Shown here piece by piece: positions 40,873-52,445 of a stretch of DNA of 64,000 nucleotides. Source of the stretch: Fervidobacterium sp. (GTDB lineage Bacteria > Thermotogota > Thermotogae > Thermotogales > Fervidobacteriaceae); contig JBMFNR010000001.1 of assembly GCA_049970055.1 (NCBI GenBank), positions 1-64,000 of the forward strand, read 5' to 3'. The position numbers were made by a program, and so were the translations under genes. The notes beneath the pieces were generated by a model. It made no database searches and was not told the origin of the DNA. It saw nothing but the letters and a program-made list of their open reading frames with translations. How positions within the stretch are numbered: position 1 is the stretch's first letter; every line of letters begins with the position of its first letter.

Positions 40873-41990
40873 CCAAAATATTCCTCCCAAATGTTTAGTA
40901 ACGTTACAAAGAAGAGATTGCTAAAATCCATCCCTTGATCTGAGAGTTTTACACCATCGAAGAAATTAAATCTATTTTTCAATGCTTCTAAAACATCCGT
41001 AATATCAACGTTGGTTTTCTTTTTAATGATTTCTCTGTCTACTCCCCATTTTGTTCGTAGGTTCATAAATAGACTTTCTAATGCCTCTCTCTCGGGAGTA
41101 TTAATCGATTCATAATATCTCGGAAACTTTCCTTCGGATATCTTTATAAAGTAATCCGAGAATGTTTCGCAATTATTATACCGTAAAAAACCTATATGAC
41201 CACCAGCAGATATTCCTAAACCGATGTAATCATCATTTCGCCAATATTTCAAATTATGTTTGCAATACTTCCCATTTATAGTGAAGTTAGAAATTTCGTA
41301 GCGTTCGTACCCAAAACCTTTTATCGCTCTCAAAAATTCATCATATCTTTGGAAGGTTTGTTCGTCAGGCTTCTTCAACAAATTGTTATCCTTGCCATCG
41401 TGAATTTCAAGCATGTAAATGGATATATGATCCGGTAGAAAATCACTTATGAACTGTACATTTTCCTGTATCGTTTTCCAACTTTCTCCTGGTAGACCAA
41501 CGATGAAGTCGATATTTACATTATCAAAATACCTTCTGGCTATATCAAATTTTCTTATGAATAAATCAAAATCGTACAGTCTCCCTGATTTTTTTAAAAC
41601 GATATCATCTGCACTCTGTAGTCCCATACTTAATCTGTTAATTCCTAAACTTTTGTAAAAGGCTGCAAGTTCTTTGCTAAAACTTTCTGGATTGACTTCT
41701 ATAGTTATCTCTTCAAGATGTGGAGAGTAAACGTTCAATTTTTCAAAGATTTTCGTAAGTAGCTTTTCAGGAAATATGCTAGGTGTTCCACCACCGATAT
41801 AAAGTGTATCAAACCCATTATTCAAGTATCCATTGTAAAGGTCTATTTCTTTCAAAAGGTATTCTGCATACTCTTCAAAGTTGTTCTCCAGATAGCTTGT
41901 AAAATCACAATAGATACATTTCTTTCTGCAAAAAGGAATATGAATATACACACCTAACTTTTCTTTTTGAGGCTTTTCCAACATTTTCAT
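40869..41990 (-). CDS. hemW: Radical SAM heme chaperone HemW/HemN-like
   Basis: YIHIPFCRKKCIYCDF, GGGTPS, YEISNF, HNLKYW. Confidence 0.88.
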   Translation of the reverse strand: MKMLEKPQKEKLGVYIHIPFCRKKCIYCDFTSYLENNFEEYAEYLLKEIDLYNGYLNNGFDTLYIGGGTPSIFPEKLLTKIFEKLNVYSPHLEEITIEVNPESFSKELAAFYKSLGINRLSMGLQSADDIVLKKSGRLYDFDLFIRKFDIARRYFDNVNIDFIVGLPGESWKTIQENVQFISDFLPDHISIYMLEIHDGKDNNLLKKPDEQTFQRYDEFLRAIKGFGYERYEISNFTINGKYCKHNLKYWRNDDYIGLGISAGGHIGFLRYNNCETFSDYFIKISEGKFPRYYESINTPEREALESLFMNLRTKWGVDREIIKKKTNVDITDVLEALKNRFNFFDGVKLSDQGMDFSNLFFVTLLNIWEEYFG

Positions 41991-42003
41991 CCCTCAGGAT
42001 TTT

Positions 42004-42840
42004 TCAATCTTTTGTAAATTTAATTTTGAAGTATCCAATGTTGTTTTGAATGATTAAATCACCTTGGACGGGAGACAAAAATCTGAACCAAATACCGTAC
42101 TTGACATTTTCCGAAGAGGGAACGTATGTACCGTACGCTGAAAAGAAAAATCTAAAGTCCCACAAATCGACAAATATCCTACCGCCAAGTACTCCAACAA
42201 GCCGGTTCTCATCGAAGTCCCAACCTATGTTTGCTGTTGCACCTTGTTCCAACGACTTGTCGCCGAAGACGAAAAAGCCAAGAGAATAAATGTTTCCAAG
42301 TTGCAGAAAGCTAAGTTGGAGAGAATCGACAGTAGCGAATCCTCTTTTTATGTTTATTTTAACGCTATCATCGTTGAGCTTTTGCAAGGAAAATCCCTCA
42401 TAGTTAAATGAGAAAGGCCCCACCGCGCTTTCACCGATAGGGATGGCGGGAATGGAAAGCCAAGTTTTTGAATAATCAGTTTGCAAAACCTGTGTCGAAG
42501 AGATATAGTATGTTCTCTCAAATCCTGTTGCTGGAATGGAATAACTTTCATAACCGATTGAAAGGGCGACACCATACGATTGGCCAACAAAAGCTAAAAA
42601 ATTAAAATAACTTTTATCAATAGTTCTTTTCATCGTCACAAATCCAAGTTTGTACATATCGCTTCTCGTTTGCTCATCGAACAACCTTAACCCAACCGCA
42701 TATTTTTGATTTTCGGCAACAACTGAGAAGTTCCAGATGCTTAAAGAAAAAGAATTGTAAATTGCCTGAGCTTCCGGTGTAATTTCTGCGATTAGAAGGA
42801 AGGGTAGTGCTAAAGTTAGTAAAACTATAAATTTGCGCAT
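42004..42840 (-). CDS. Hypothetical secreted protein, possibly outer-membrane beta-barrel
   Basis: Signal peptide; aromatic/Gly-rich alternating strands; lies within an operon. Confidence 0.6.
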   Translation of the reverse strand: MRKFIVLLTLALPFLLIAEITPEAQAIYNSFSLSIWNFSVVAENQKYAVGLRLFDEQTRSDMYKLGFVTMKRTIDKSYFNFLAFVGQSYGVALSIGYESYSIPATGFERTYYISSTQVLQTDYSKTWLSIPAIPIGESAVGPFSFNYEGFSLQKLNDDSVKINIKRGFATVDSLQLSFLQLGNIYSLGFFVFGDKSLEQGATANIGWDFDENRLVGVLGGRIFVDLWDFRFFFSAYGTYVPSSENVKYGIWFRFLSPVQGDLIIQNNIGYFKIKFTKD

Positions 42841-42870
42841 AAAATCTCCCCCTTAAAATCTTTATTGACT

Positions 42871-44319
42871 TCATTTGCTTCTCAGAAGTTTGTCTAAAAT
42901 CTCATTTACAACTTTTGGATTAGCTTTACCTCTCGTTTCTTTCATGACCTGTCCAACGAAAAATCCGAAAAGTCCCTCTTTACCCTTTTTGAACGACTCA
43001 ACTTGTTGTGGGTTGCTTTCGATTACTCTTTTAGCGATCTCTTCGATTAAAGAATAGTCATCAACTTGTTTTAAACCTTTTTCATCAACTATTTGATTCG
43101 GCTTTTTTCCTGTCAAAGCTGCTTCGGTAAAAACTTCCTTAGCAATGTTTCTTGAAATGGTACCATTGTTGATTAGTTCAAATAACTCTACGAAACTTTC
43201 CGCATCAATTTGTACTTTATCCCTTCCATACTCCGAATAAAGTCTGAAAAGCTCAGTTAAAAACCAATTAGCACTTTCTTTCGGGGCATTTGTTCTGGAA
43301 GCAACTTCTTCAAAAAAGTCCGCTATTTCCTTATCTTCAACAATGATCCATGCTTCTTTTTCCGAAAGATTATAATCTTTGACAAACCTTTTTAACCTTT
43401 CATCAGGTAACTCAGGCAATGTTTGACTGATTTTTTCGATGTATTCCCTTTTCAAGATTATAGGTGGAATATCCGGTTCGGGGAAGTATCTATAATCATG
43501 AGCTTCTTCTTTGCTTCTCATACTAACAGTAGATTTTGTCGCTAAGTTCCATCCTCTAGTTTCTCTCTCGACTTCTTCACCTTTTTCCATCAATGAGACA
43601 ATTCTCTCATATTCAAATTCAAGGGCTTTCTCAACGAACTTGAAGGAATTCATATTCTTTACTTCAACTTTGTTGCTTTGTTTACCAGTTAGAGTATCGA
43701 TGACAGATATATTTGCATCGCATCTCATAGCACCTTTCTCCATATCACCACTGTTAACTCCTATATATCGCAGAAGCGTTCTCAATTTCTCCATGAAAAT
43801 CCTTGCCTCTTCTGGTGATTCAATATCCGGTTCTGTTACTATCTCTGCTAAAGGAATACCACAACGGTTCATATCAACTAAGGAATATTCGGCTTCTGTT
43901 ATACTGTCACCTGAGTGCAATAGTTTTCCAGCATCTTCCTCAAGATGTATCCTCCTGATTCTTATGTTTTTTCCATTGACTTCAAGGTATCCATTTTCCG
44001 CTAAAGGATGGAAAAACTGTGTTATCTGATATCCCTTTGGCAAATCTGGATAGAAATAGTTCTTCCGATCAAATCTTGTATATTCGTTAACTTTACAATT
44101 CAAGGCAATCGCAAGTTTGATTCCCAATTCGTACATTTCTTTGGAAGGTACTGGAAGAGCGCCCGGTTGTCCCGTGCAAACAGGGCATATGGAAGTATTT
44201 GGTTCCAGATCGAACACATCGGCACTACAATTACAAAATGCTTTTGTTTTGGTGTTCAGTTGAACATGTATTTCAAGACCTATCACGGGTTTATATCTAT
44301 TTTCAACAACGTTGCTCAT
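42871..44319 (-). CDS. gatB: Asp/Glu-tRNA amidotransferase subunit B
   Basis: [45 protein letters not shown]. Confidence 0.97.
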   Translation of the reverse strand: MSNVVENRYKPVIGLEIHVQLNTKTKAFCNCSADVFDLEPNTSICPVCTGQPGALPVPSKEMYELGIKLAIALNCKVNEYTRFDRKNYFYPDLPKGYQITQFFHPLAENGYLEVNGKNIRIRRIHLEEDAGKLLHSGDSITEAEYSLVDMNRCGIPLAEIVTEPDIESPEEARIFMEKLRTLLRYIGVNSGDMEKGAMRCDANISVIDTLTGKQSNKVEVKNMNSFKFVEKALEFEYERIVSLMEKGEEVERETRGWNLATKSTVSMRSKEEAHDYRYFPEPDIPPIILKREYIEKISQTLPELPDERLKRFVKDYNLSEKEAWIIVEDKEIADFFEEVASRTNAPKESANWFLTELFRLYSEYGRDKVQIDAESFVELFELINNGTISRNIAKEVFTEAALTGKKPNQIVDEKGLKQVDDYSLIEEIAKRVIESNPQQVESFKKGKEGLFGFFVGQVMKETRGKANPKVVNEILDKLLRSK

Positions 44320-45716
44320 TTGCGTGCACCTCCGGTTCTCTCAATCCAATCCGCAAACCCAAGTAGTTTAGCATCTGAAAACCTTGGCCCCATTATCTGG
44401 ATTCCTACCGGTAAGTTTTCAACCGTGCCAAACGGTATACTGATTGCTGGTATACCCGCCAAGTTTGCAGGTATGGTGAATATATCCATCATGTAATAAA
44501 CAATTGGATCACTCACAGAACCTATTTTAAAGGCAACAATAGGAGAAGTCGGGGTAACAATGAAGTCGTACTTTTCAAAAATCTTTGCAAGTTTGTTTGA
44601 TATGACTCTCCTAACTTTCTGAGCCTTTTCAAAGTATGCATCGTAGTACGCTGCACTGAGCGTGAACGTACCTATAAGTATTCTCCTTTTAACTTCCTCT
44701 CCAAAGCCATATCCTCTTGTTTTCTCGTAAAGATCGCGTAATGAATCAGAGGAAATTCGAAGTCCATACTTGACTCCATCAAACCTTGAAAGATTTGAAC
44801 TTACCTCTGATGGGGCAATGATATAATAGGTTGCAACAGAATATTTAATCTCTTCGATATCTACTATATCTACATCGTTGCCCATTTCTTTTAACAGGTT
44901 AATGAACTGGTTTATTTTTTCTTTTATTGCTTCATCCACACCTTCATTAAAAGATTGCTTTGCGACAGCTATTTTCATTCCGGACATTTTTTTACCTATA
45001 AATTGAGTGAAGTCTATCTTTCTATCAACCGTAGTAGGATCATTTTCGTCTTTACCAGCTATAATATTCATCAACAACGCACTATCTTCAACTGTTTTTG
45101 TAATGGGCCCAATTTGGTCAAGTGAAGAAGCGAATGCAACTAAACCATATCTCGATACGAGTCCGTAAGTAGGCTTGAATCCAACCACTCCGCAGAAAGC
45201 TGCTGGTTGTCTGATGGAACCTCCCGTGTCGCTACCAAGAGCGGCGATGACTTCACCTGAAGCTACAGCGGCAGCCGATCCTCCACTACTTCCGCCCGCC
45301 ACTCTCTCCAAATCGTGTGGGTTTCTTGTGGGGCCAAAGGCTGAATATTCGGTGCTTGCGCCCATGGCAAATTCATCAAGATTTGTTTTTCCAATAAAGG
45401 AAAAATTATTCCCCCGAAGCTTTTTCACAACAGTTGCATCGTACGGGGCAACGTAACCTTTCAAAATTTTTGAAGCACATGTCGTCTCTAATCCCTTAAC
45501 ATTGATGTTATCTTTAATTCCAATAGGAATTCCTTTTTGGACTTCAAAATTAACACTTATAAAAGCATTCAGTTGCTTGTCTTTTTCTTTTATCACTTCG
45601 CTTGCTATTTGATAAAGCTCTGTCGAATCTGGATGCGTTTTTACGTATTCAAGTGCTTCTTTCAATGTTATATTTAAATACTTTTCTTTGGATATGTATC
45701 TTTCTAGCCTTTCCAA
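44316..45716 (-). CDS. gatA: Asp/Glu-tRNA amidotransferase subunit A
   Basis: [29 protein letters not shown] start 8 nt after AGGAGG inferred. Confidence 0.95.
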   Translation of the reverse strand: MERLERYISKEKYLNITLKEALEYVKTHPDSTELYQIASEVIKEKDKQLNAFISVNFEVQKGIPIGIKDNINVKGLETTCASKILKGYVAPYDATVVKKLRGNNFSFIGKTNLDEFAMGASTEYSAFGPTRNPHDLERVAGGSSGGSAAAVASGEVIAALGSDTGGSIRQPAAFCGVVGFKPTYGLVSRYGLVAFASSLDQIGPITKTVEDSALLMNIIAGKDENDPTTVDRKIDFTQFIGKKMSGMKIAVAKQSFNEGVDEAIKEKINQFINLLKEMGNDVDIVDIEEIKYSVATYYIIAPSEVSSNLSRFDGVKYGLRISSDSLRDLYEKTRGYGFGEEVKRRILIGTFTLSAAYYDAYFEKAQKVRRVISNKLAKIFEKYDFIVTPTSPIVAFKIGSVSDPIVYYMMDIFTIPANLAGIPAISIPFGTVENLPVGIQIMGPRFSDAKLLGFADWIERTGGARK

Positions 45717-45813
45717 TTTTAACACCTCCTCAACTCGAAATAAATTATACCACACACTTTGTAAAATTAACAATTTATGATAGAATATATCTTATGAACG
45801 GAGGTGACGGAAT

Positions 45814-46392
45814 GTGAGGTTTATTGAAAAAAGTACCAAATATTATTTTCACTATCCATTTCCCGTCGCTGTAATTGGAGCGATTTACAACGGCAAAACA
45901 AACTTTATGGCTGCTGCTTGGCATACACAATTGTCATTTGATCCCGCGTTATACGGTGTTGCAATATCGCCAAAAAGGTACACAAATGAGTTGATAGCGA
46001 AATCAGGAATGTTTTCTCTAAATTTTTTAAGATACGATGATTACAAAATTTCTGGATTTTTCGGCAGGACTTCTGGGCGTGATTTGGAAAAAGCAAAATT
46101 TTTTGGCATAAATTATACAAAAGGTAAAATTTTAGATGTTCCCGTTCTTGAGTGCGCTGTGTCTTGCTACGAGTGTAAAGTTGTTGAGAGCAAGGCATAC
46201 GGCGATCACATACTTTATGTTGGCGAGATTGTGGCGATTCACTACGATGAAGAATTTTACGAAACTGGATTATCAAAAAACTTGCTTTTGTACGCTGGAA
46301 ATGATATTTATACAACGCTGAGTAAAGAGCATATGGTAAAATTTGGGAAAGAAGAAGTATTGCAAGAAATCTATAAGAAAAAAGGGGAATGA
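45814..46392 (+). CDS. Flavin reductase family protein
   Basis: YPFPVAVI, NFMAAAW, SGRD, ECKV, GDHILYVGEI. Confidence 0.88.
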   Translation: MRFIEKSTKYYFHYPFPVAVIGAIYNGKTNFMAAAWHTQLSFDPALYGVAISPKRYTNELIAKSGMFSLNFLRYDDYKISGFFGRTSGRDLEKAKFFGINYTKGKILDVPVLECAVSCYECKVVESKAYGDHILYVGEIVAIHYDEEFYETGLSKNLLLYAGNDIYTTLSKEHMVKFGKEEVLQEIYKKKGE

Positions 46393-46419
46393 ATGTGCAT
46401 TTAAATTGGAGGTGTGAAC

Positions 46420-47070
46420 ATGAGGATATTCTTAGACACAGCGAATATAGATGAGATAAGACAAGGGATCGAATGGGGTATCGTAGATGGTGTTACGACC
46501 AATCCAACGCTCATAGCAAAAGAAGGTGTTGATTTTGAAAAGCGTATAAAAGAAATTTGCCAACTTGTGCAGGGGCCTGTATCTGCTGAGGTTATTTCTC
46601 TAAATTGGGAAGAGATGGTCGAAGAAGCAAGGAAACTATCAAGCATTGATGAGCATGTTGTTGTAAAAATTCCTATGACACCAGATGGTATCAGGGCGGT
46701 CAAAGTATTGTCTGCCGAAGGAATAAAAACAAATGTTACCCTTGTTTTTAGTGCTAATCAAGCCTTGCTAGCTGCAAAAGCAGGTGCAACTTACGTAAGT
46801 CCTTTTATTGGCAGAATAGATGATAACGGCAACGATGGATTGAAATTACTTGAGGAAATCGTGCAAATCTATTCAAATTATGGTTTCGAAACGGAAGTAA
46901 TCGCTGCAAGTGTAAGACATCCGATGCACGTTGTAGAAGCAGCTATGATAGGGGTTGATATAGCTACTATACCATTTGATGTACTTAAAAAGATGTTCGT
47001 TCACCCACTTACAGATGTGGGAATAAAAAGATTTTTACAAGATTGGGAATCGTACAAAAAAGGCAAATAA
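46420..47070 (+). CDS. tal: Transaldolase (short FSA/TalC family)
   Basis: FLDTA, GVTTNP, VVKIP; Glu in SAEV and Phe in SPFIGR favour transaldolase over fructose-6-phosphate aldolase. Confidence 0.9.
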   Translation: MRIFLDTANIDEIRQGIEWGIVDGVTTNPTLIAKEGVDFEKRIKEICQLVQGPVSAEVISLNWEEMVEEARKLSSIDEHVVVKIPMTPDGIRAVKVLSAEGIKTNVTLVFSANQALLAAKAGATYVSPFIGRIDDNGNDGLKLLEEIVQIYSNYGFETEVIAASVRHPMHVVEAAMIGVDIATIPFDVLKKMFVHPLTDVGIKRFLQDWESYKKGK

Positions 47071-47090
47071 AAACGTAAGGAGGTAAATAG

Positions 47091-48818
47091 ATGTACAGAA
47101 CACACACATGTGGTGAGTTGAAAGCAACGGATGAAGGAAAAGTTGTAACGCTTGCAGGCTGGGTTGACAGAATAAGGGACCTTGGTGGTGTGAAATTCAT
47201 CGTTTTAAGAGACAGATACGGTAAAACACAGATCGTTGTTAATCCGGATTCACCTGTATATCAATCTGTTAACGAAATATCGAGGGAAGACGTCATACAA
47301 ATAGTAGGAGCCGTTAGAAAAAGACCACCTGAAGCTGTGACACCTGAGCCAACAGGGGAAATTGAAGTTTTAGCGTCTGAACTGAAATTGTTATCTAAAT
47401 CTGCCTTACCACCTTTCTATCCTGGTGATGATGTCTCCGAAGAAATGAGGTTAAAATATCGATACCTCGATATACGCAACCCAAAGCTGATGAATAATCT
47501 CATTGTAAGGCACAAGCTTGCGTATGCAACGAGGGAATATCTTTCTTCCAAAGGATTTCTTGAAATAGAGACACCATACCTAACTAAGAGTACGCCAGAA
47601 GGTGCAAGGGACTTTCTTGTACCATCGCGGCTGAAAAAAGGAACGTTTTACGCGCTTCCGCAGAGCCCTCAACTTTTCAAACAAATTTTGATGATTTCTG
47701 GTATTGATAAATATTTTCAAATTGTGAGATGTTTTAGAGATGAGGATTTAAGAGCAGATAGGCAACCAGAGTTTACTCAGATCGACATTGAAATGTCATT
47801 TGTTGAGATGGAAGATGTAATGAGCCTCGCTGAAGATCTTATTCGGTACATTTACAAAGCGATAGGCATAGACCTACCAGAAAAGTTCGATAGAATAACT
47901 TACAAGGAAGCGATGGAAAAATATGGTTCGGATAAACCTGATAGACGTTATGGCATGGAAATGGTTGATTTAACAGAGTTCTTCGAAAAATCTGATTTCA
48001 AAGTTGTAAGAGACGTTCTGGACAAAGGTGGGGGTGTAAAGGGCTTTAAAGCAAGTATACCGATGAGTAGAAAGATAGCTGATGAATATTCTGATTTTGT
48101 TAAAGGATATGGGCTTGGAGGAGTGCTTTGGTTCAAAGTTGAGAATGGGCAAATTACATCCACAACCACAAAATACTTAGAAAATGAATATAAAGCCATA
48201 GCGCAAAAGTATGAACTAAGTGAAGGTGAAGTATTTATCTTAGCTGCGCATGAAAACAGAGAAAAATTGAACGAAACTCTTGGAGCTTTGCGCTTAAAAA
48301 TAGCCAAGAAATATGTTACGGTTAGCGGTTTTGATGCACTTTGGGTTATCGATTTTCCATTCTTAGAATGGAGCGAAGAAGAAAAACGTTTTGTAGCGAG
48401 GCACCATCCATTTACAATGCCTTACCTTGAAGACTTCGAAGGTGGTATTGAACTTTCGAAAGTTAGAGCTCATGCGTACGATATGGTAATCAACGGTTTT
48501 GAAGTTGGTGGGGGGAGTATAAGGATCCACAGAAAAGATGTACAGGAGAAAGTTTTTGATATCATTGGATTAACAAAAGAAGAAGCGGAGGAGAAGTTCG
48601 GATTCTTCCTTGAAGCACTCCAGTACGGAGTACCACCGCACGGAGGAATTGCATTCGGTCTTGATAGACTTGCAGCGATAGCTGTTGGGGTTGATAACAT
48701 TAGGGAAGTGATAGCCTTCCCAAAAACTTCGAGTGGTACATGCTTGCTTACCAACGCTCCATCGACAGTTACGCAGTTCCAACTTGACGAACTCGGCATT
48801 ATGATTAAACAATCTTAA
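47091..48818 (+). CDS. aspS: Aspartate--tRNA ligase
   Basis: [57 protein letters not shown]. Confidence 0.97.
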   Translation: MYRTHTCGELKATDEGKVVTLAGWVDRIRDLGGVKFIVLRDRYGKTQIVVNPDSPVYQSVNEISREDVIQIVGAVRKRPPEAVTPEPTGEIEVLASELKLLSKSALPPFYPGDDVSEEMRLKYRYLDIRNPKLMNNLIVRHKLAYATREYLSSKGFLEIETPYLTKSTPEGARDFLVPSRLKKGTFYALPQSPQLFKQILMISGIDKYFQIVRCFRDEDLRADRQPEFTQIDIEMSFVEMEDVMSLAEDLIRYIYKAIGIDLPEKFDRITYKEAMEKYGSDKPDRRYGMEMVDLTEFFEKSDFKVVRDVLDKGGGVKGFKASIPMSRKIADEYSDFVKGYGLGGVLWFKVENGQITSTTTKYLENEYKAIAQKYELSEGEVFILAAHENREKLNETLGALRLKIAKKYVTVSGFDALWVIDFPFLEWSEEEKRFVARHHPFTMPYLEDFEGGIELSKVRAHAYDMVINGFEVGGGSIRIHRKDVQEKVFDIIGLTKEEAEEKFGFFLEALQYGVPPHGGIAFGLDRLAAIAVGVDNIREVIAFPKTSSGTCLLTNAPSTVTQFQLDELGIMIKQS

Positions 48819-48873
48819 TTTATTCTACGTAATTATGCATTTATTCTATGTAAATCATTAGGAGGTGTCTTAT

Positions 48874-49203
48874 ATGGCTATCAAATTTGAGAAAAAAGAA
48901 TTACCAGGCAAACTTGTTGTTTCAATCCACGGCGAGATCGATGCGTATCATTCAGGGGAAGTGAAAAAATTCTTAAAAGATGCTATCGCTGAGACTAAAC
49001 TTTCTAAAATTGTTCTTGATATGTCTGAAGTTAATTACATTGATAGTGCAGGGCTTGGTAGTCTCGTAGCTCTTTATAAGGATGCAAGAATGTCAGAAAA
49101 GGAACTTATCCTTGCTTCACTTAAGCAAACAGTTATGAGAATTTTTGAGATGACAAGGTTGGATAGGGTGTTCAAGATCGTTCAAACTGTTGAGGAGGCG
49201 TGA
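48874..49203 (+). CDS. STAS domain anti-sigma factor antagonist
   Basis: GEID, LDMSEVNYIDSAGLG (phospho-Ser motif), IFEMTRL. Confidence 0.9.
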   Translation: MAIKFEKKELPGKLVVSIHGEIDAYHSGEVKKFLKDAIAETKLSKIVLDMSEVNYIDSAGLGSLVALYKDARMSEKELILASLKQTVMRIFEMTRLDRVFKIVQTVEEA

Positions 49204-49207
49204 TATA

Positions 49208-49879
49208 TTGTTTTGTAAGGTGGCAATAGACGGACCCGCTGGTTCCGGCAAGACCACTATTGCAAAGTTAATTGCTCAAAGGCTTGGGATTGAGTACTTA
49301 GATACTGGAGCAATGTATCGTGCTGTTGGTCTTTATCTACATAACTGTGGTGCCGATCCCAAAGACGAAAGTATAGATAAAATACTGGACAATGTGAAAA
49401 TAGATTATGTGAATGGCGAGTACTTTCTAAACGGGGTTAAAGTGGGTGAAGAAATACGCACACCAGAAGCGGGAATGTACGCTTCCCAATTTGCTGCAAA
49501 TCCAAAAGTAAGGATGTTTTTGACAAAAGTACAAAAAGCAATATGTTCAAATAGAAGTATCATTGCCGAGGGTAGAGATATAGGAACAGTTGTGATGCCA
49601 GATGCTACAGTGAAGATATTTTTGATTGCGTCCGCTGAAGTTAGAGCACGAAGAAGATACAATGAATTAGTGGCTAAAGACATAAAAGTTAGTTACGATG
49701 AACTATATAAACAAATTTTAGAAAGAGATGAAAACGATTCAAAAAGAGATGTTGCACCCCTTGTAAAAGCACCGGATGCTATTGAAATAGATACTTCAAG
49801 TTTGACAATTGAAGAAGTGGTCGATAAAGTTCTAAATATAGTAAAGGAAAGGTGTAAGTTAAGTGAGCATCGATATTGA
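49208..49879 (+). CDS. cmk: Cytidylate kinase
   Basis: AIDGPAGSGKTT, LDTGAMYR, EGRDIGTVV; TTG start after GAGGAGG. Confidence 0.95.
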   Translation: MFCKVAIDGPAGSGKTTIAKLIAQRLGIEYLDTGAMYRAVGLYLHNCGADPKDESIDKILDNVKIDYVNGEYFLNGVKVGEEIRTPEAGMYASQFAANPKVRMFLTKVQKAICSNRSIIAEGRDIGTVVMPDATVKIFLIASAEVRARRRYNELVAKDIKVSYDELYKQILERDENDSKRDVAPLVKAPDAIEIDTSSLTIEEVVDKVLNIVKERCKLSEHRY

Positions 49880-52445
49880 AATCATTAAAGGCCCTTACGG
49901 TTTTTGTTTTGGCGTGGAAAACGCTGTGAAGAGTGTAACGGAACATTTAAAAAAAGGCGAGTTGTTATTTACTGATGGAGAATTAGTCCACAATAAAAAC
50001 GTTTTACAACAGCTTAAAACTCTTGGTTTAAAATACATCGAAAATGAGTTTGGAGATATTAAACAAGGTACCTTTGTTGTAAGAGCACATGGCTTGCCTC
50101 CGGAGAAATTGAGCAAAGCGGCAGAAAGGTTTAGAATTTTGAACTTAACTTGTCCTATAGTTGAAAGGCTTTTCGAACTTGGGAAGAATTTATCAAGTAG
50201 TGGATACAAAGTAGTTGTATTTGGGAAAAAAAACCATGCGGAGATGGTGGCCTTTTTAGGCTATGTGAGAGACGCTATAATTACACTTGAGCCGGTACAA
50301 CTATCCGATAAAATGATAGCAATTATAAGCCAAACGACAAGTCCAACAGAAGATTTTTTCGCTTTTGTGGAAAAGATGAAAAAAATCAACGAAGGCAAAG
50401 AGATAAGAGTTATAAACACGATTTGCAAAGTGACATCGGAGAGAGAGAATGCTGCTAAATTTTTTGGAAAAAACTGCGAACTTGTGATAGTTGTCGGTGG
50501 AAAACACAGTTCGAACACAAAAAAGCTGTTCCACATCTCTTCACAGCAGGGTAAATCAATTCATGTTGAGGATGTTAATGAGTTAAGAAACATAAACATC
50601 GAAGATTTTTTCAAAGGCAGTCAAAAAATCAGAATAGGTGTAATAAGTGGTACTTCAACTAGTTTAGAAGATGTTGAAAAAGTTGTAAAGTACCTTATTG
50701 AAAACTACGGTGGGAGGGAACGCTTTATGGACGATTTCAACCAAGTAAACAAAGTCTCTGAATTTTCTCAAGAAGAAGTACCAGCAGAAGAGTCGTTTGA
50801 AAAACTATTAGCAGAGTATGAAAGTGGGAGCCAGATAGTGGGGAGGGGAAGAGTTGTTGAAGGCATAGTAACTGAGATATCTCCAACAGGTTTAACAGTT
50901 GATCTTGGAAGCAAGCTTACAGGTGTTGTTCCTTTGGAAGAACTTTTCAAAGAACTTAATGAATATAGAGTTGGTGAGAAGATCACAGTTAGGGTTGAAA
51001 AAATTAACGAAGAGGATGGTACGGCGTTACTTTCCGCAAAAAAGCCGATGGAAAGGATTATACTTCAAGACATTCAAAGTGCGTATGAAAACCAGAGACC
51101 TGTGTATGGAAGAATCATCGAAAGGATAAAGGCAGGTTACAGAGTACTACTTGAAAATGTTGTTGAAGCGTTCTTACCAGGAAGCGAATCGAATATAAAA
51201 GAAGGCGAAGAATTTCTTAGGGAAAAGATGCAATTTGCAGTGATATCGTATGAAATGCGTGGTAGAAAGCCAAATATCGTCGTATCAAGAAAGAAACTCT
51301 TCCAAAAATTAGTGGATGATTTCTTCTCAAATAGAAAGCCTGGCGATGTTGTTGAAGGCATAGTCGAAGAGATAACTGATAAAGGGGCATACGTTAAAAT
51401 TGCGGGCGTAATAAATGGTTTTATACCCAACAGCGAGGTATCGTACAATTCAATGCAGAAGGCTAAAGATGTCCTTACAGTTGGTAAGGTGATGAAGTTC
51501 CTTATTAAGGATATAGCATTAGAAAAGAAAAGAGTTTTTCTCAGTTTGAAAGCGCTATTACCTGATCCGTGGGAAAAAGTCCAGAAAAAGTATCAGACCG
51601 GACAAGTGGTGACCGGTGTTGTTACGTCTGTGAAGCCTTTCGGATTCTACGTCAAGGTGGAAGACGGGATTGAAGGGTTTGTACCAATCGAGGAAGTTTT
51701 CTGGAAAAAGAAGGGAAACATAAGTGAAGTTGTGAGTGTTGGAGACCTTGTTAAGGTTCAGGTGCTTGATATCAATAACGAGAAAAAACTATTGAAGCTA
51801 AGTTATAAGAGCATAATTGGGGACCCATGGGAAAATATCGCAAAAAAACTTCCTGAGGGAAGTATAGCGGAAGGGAAAGTAATAAAGATACTTCCAAATG
51901 GTGCTATAATAGAGATCGAACCAGAAGTAACCGCATTTTGCAACATATCTGAAGTTTCATGGAATTTTGTGGACGACATAGAAGATGTTATAAAAGAACA
52001 AGATCAAGTAAAGTTCAAAATTCTCAGTGTAGATGTACCTAATAGAAAGATACGTGTAAGTATCAGAAAAGCTAAAGAAAATCCTTGGGAGATATTTGCT
52101 AAAAGACACAAAGAGGGAGATATTGTTAAAGCAAAAGTAATAAAAATCACGGAAAAAGGTTACATAGGTCTTTGTGAAGACATAGAAGTATACATTCCGA
52201 AATCGCAAGTTTACGAAAATTTAAGTATAAATGACGAAATAGATGGTAAAATTATAAAGTTGGAACCGCAAAAGGATATATATAAAGTTATCGTAAGCCA
52301 AAAAGCATACGAAAATTCCTTAGCAAATACTGAAAGCAATATAGAAAGCTTTGGCAGAGTTACCATGGAGGGAAAAGTAGATAATGTTGGCAAATCTGAT
52401 TCAGAAAAACAAAGTACCGACAGTGCTGATAGTGGGAAAGAGTAA
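49863..52445 (+). CDS. ispH/rpsA: Bifunctional IspH (HMBPP reductase)/30S ribosomal protein S1
   Basis: GFCFGV, LVHN, RAHG, TCP, SQTT, NTIC, HSSNT (IspH), followed by repeated S1 domains (LSLKALLPDPW, GDPW, ENPW). Confidence 0.93.
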   Translation: MSIDIEIIKGPYGFCFGVENAVKSVTEHLKKGELLFTDGELVHNKNVLQQLKTLGLKYIENEFGDIKQGTFVVRAHGLPPEKLSKAAERFRILNLTCPIVERLFELGKNLSSSGYKVVVFGKKNHAEMVAFLGYVRDAIITLEPVQLSDKMIAIISQTTSPTEDFFAFVEKMKKINEGKEIRVINTICKVTSERENAAKFFGKNCELVIVVGGKHSSNTKKLFHISSQQGKSIHVEDVNELRNINIEDFFKGSQKIRIGVISGTSTSLEDVEKVVKYLIENYGGRERFMDDFNQVNKVSEFSQEEVPAEESFEKLLAEYESGSQIVGRGRVVEGIVTEISPTGLTVDLGSKLTGVVPLEELFKELNEYRVGEKITVRVEKINEEDGTALLSAKKPMERIILQDIQSAYENQRPVYGRIIERIKAGYRVLLENVVEAFLPGSESNIKEGEEFLREKMQFAVISYEMRGRKPNIVVSRKKLFQKLVDDFFSNRKPGDVVEGIVEEITDKGAYVKIAGVINGFIPNSEVSYNSMQKAKDVLTVGKVMKFLIKDIALEKKRVFLSLKALLPDPWEKVQKKYQTGQVVTGVVTSVKPFGFYVKVEDGIEGFVPIEEVFWKKKGNISEVVSVGDLVKVQVLDINNEKKLLKLSYKSIIGDPWENIAKKLPEGSIAEGKVIKILPNGAIIEIEPEVTAFCNISEVSWNFVDDIEDVIKEQDQVKFKILSVDVPNRKIRVSIRKAKENPWEIFAKRHKEGDIVKAKVIKITEKGYIGLCEDIEVYIPKSQVYENLSINDEIDGKIIKLEPQKDIYKVIVSQKAYENSLANTESNIESFGRVTMEGKVDNVGKSDSEKQSTDSADSGKE

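Noticed and set aside
1698..48818. Co-occurrence of asnS, aspS and gatAB without adjacent gatC
   Set aside because: Ordinary: AspRS has RDLGG (discriminating-type Leu), GatAB can serve Gln-tRNA formation, and gatC may lie elsewhere.
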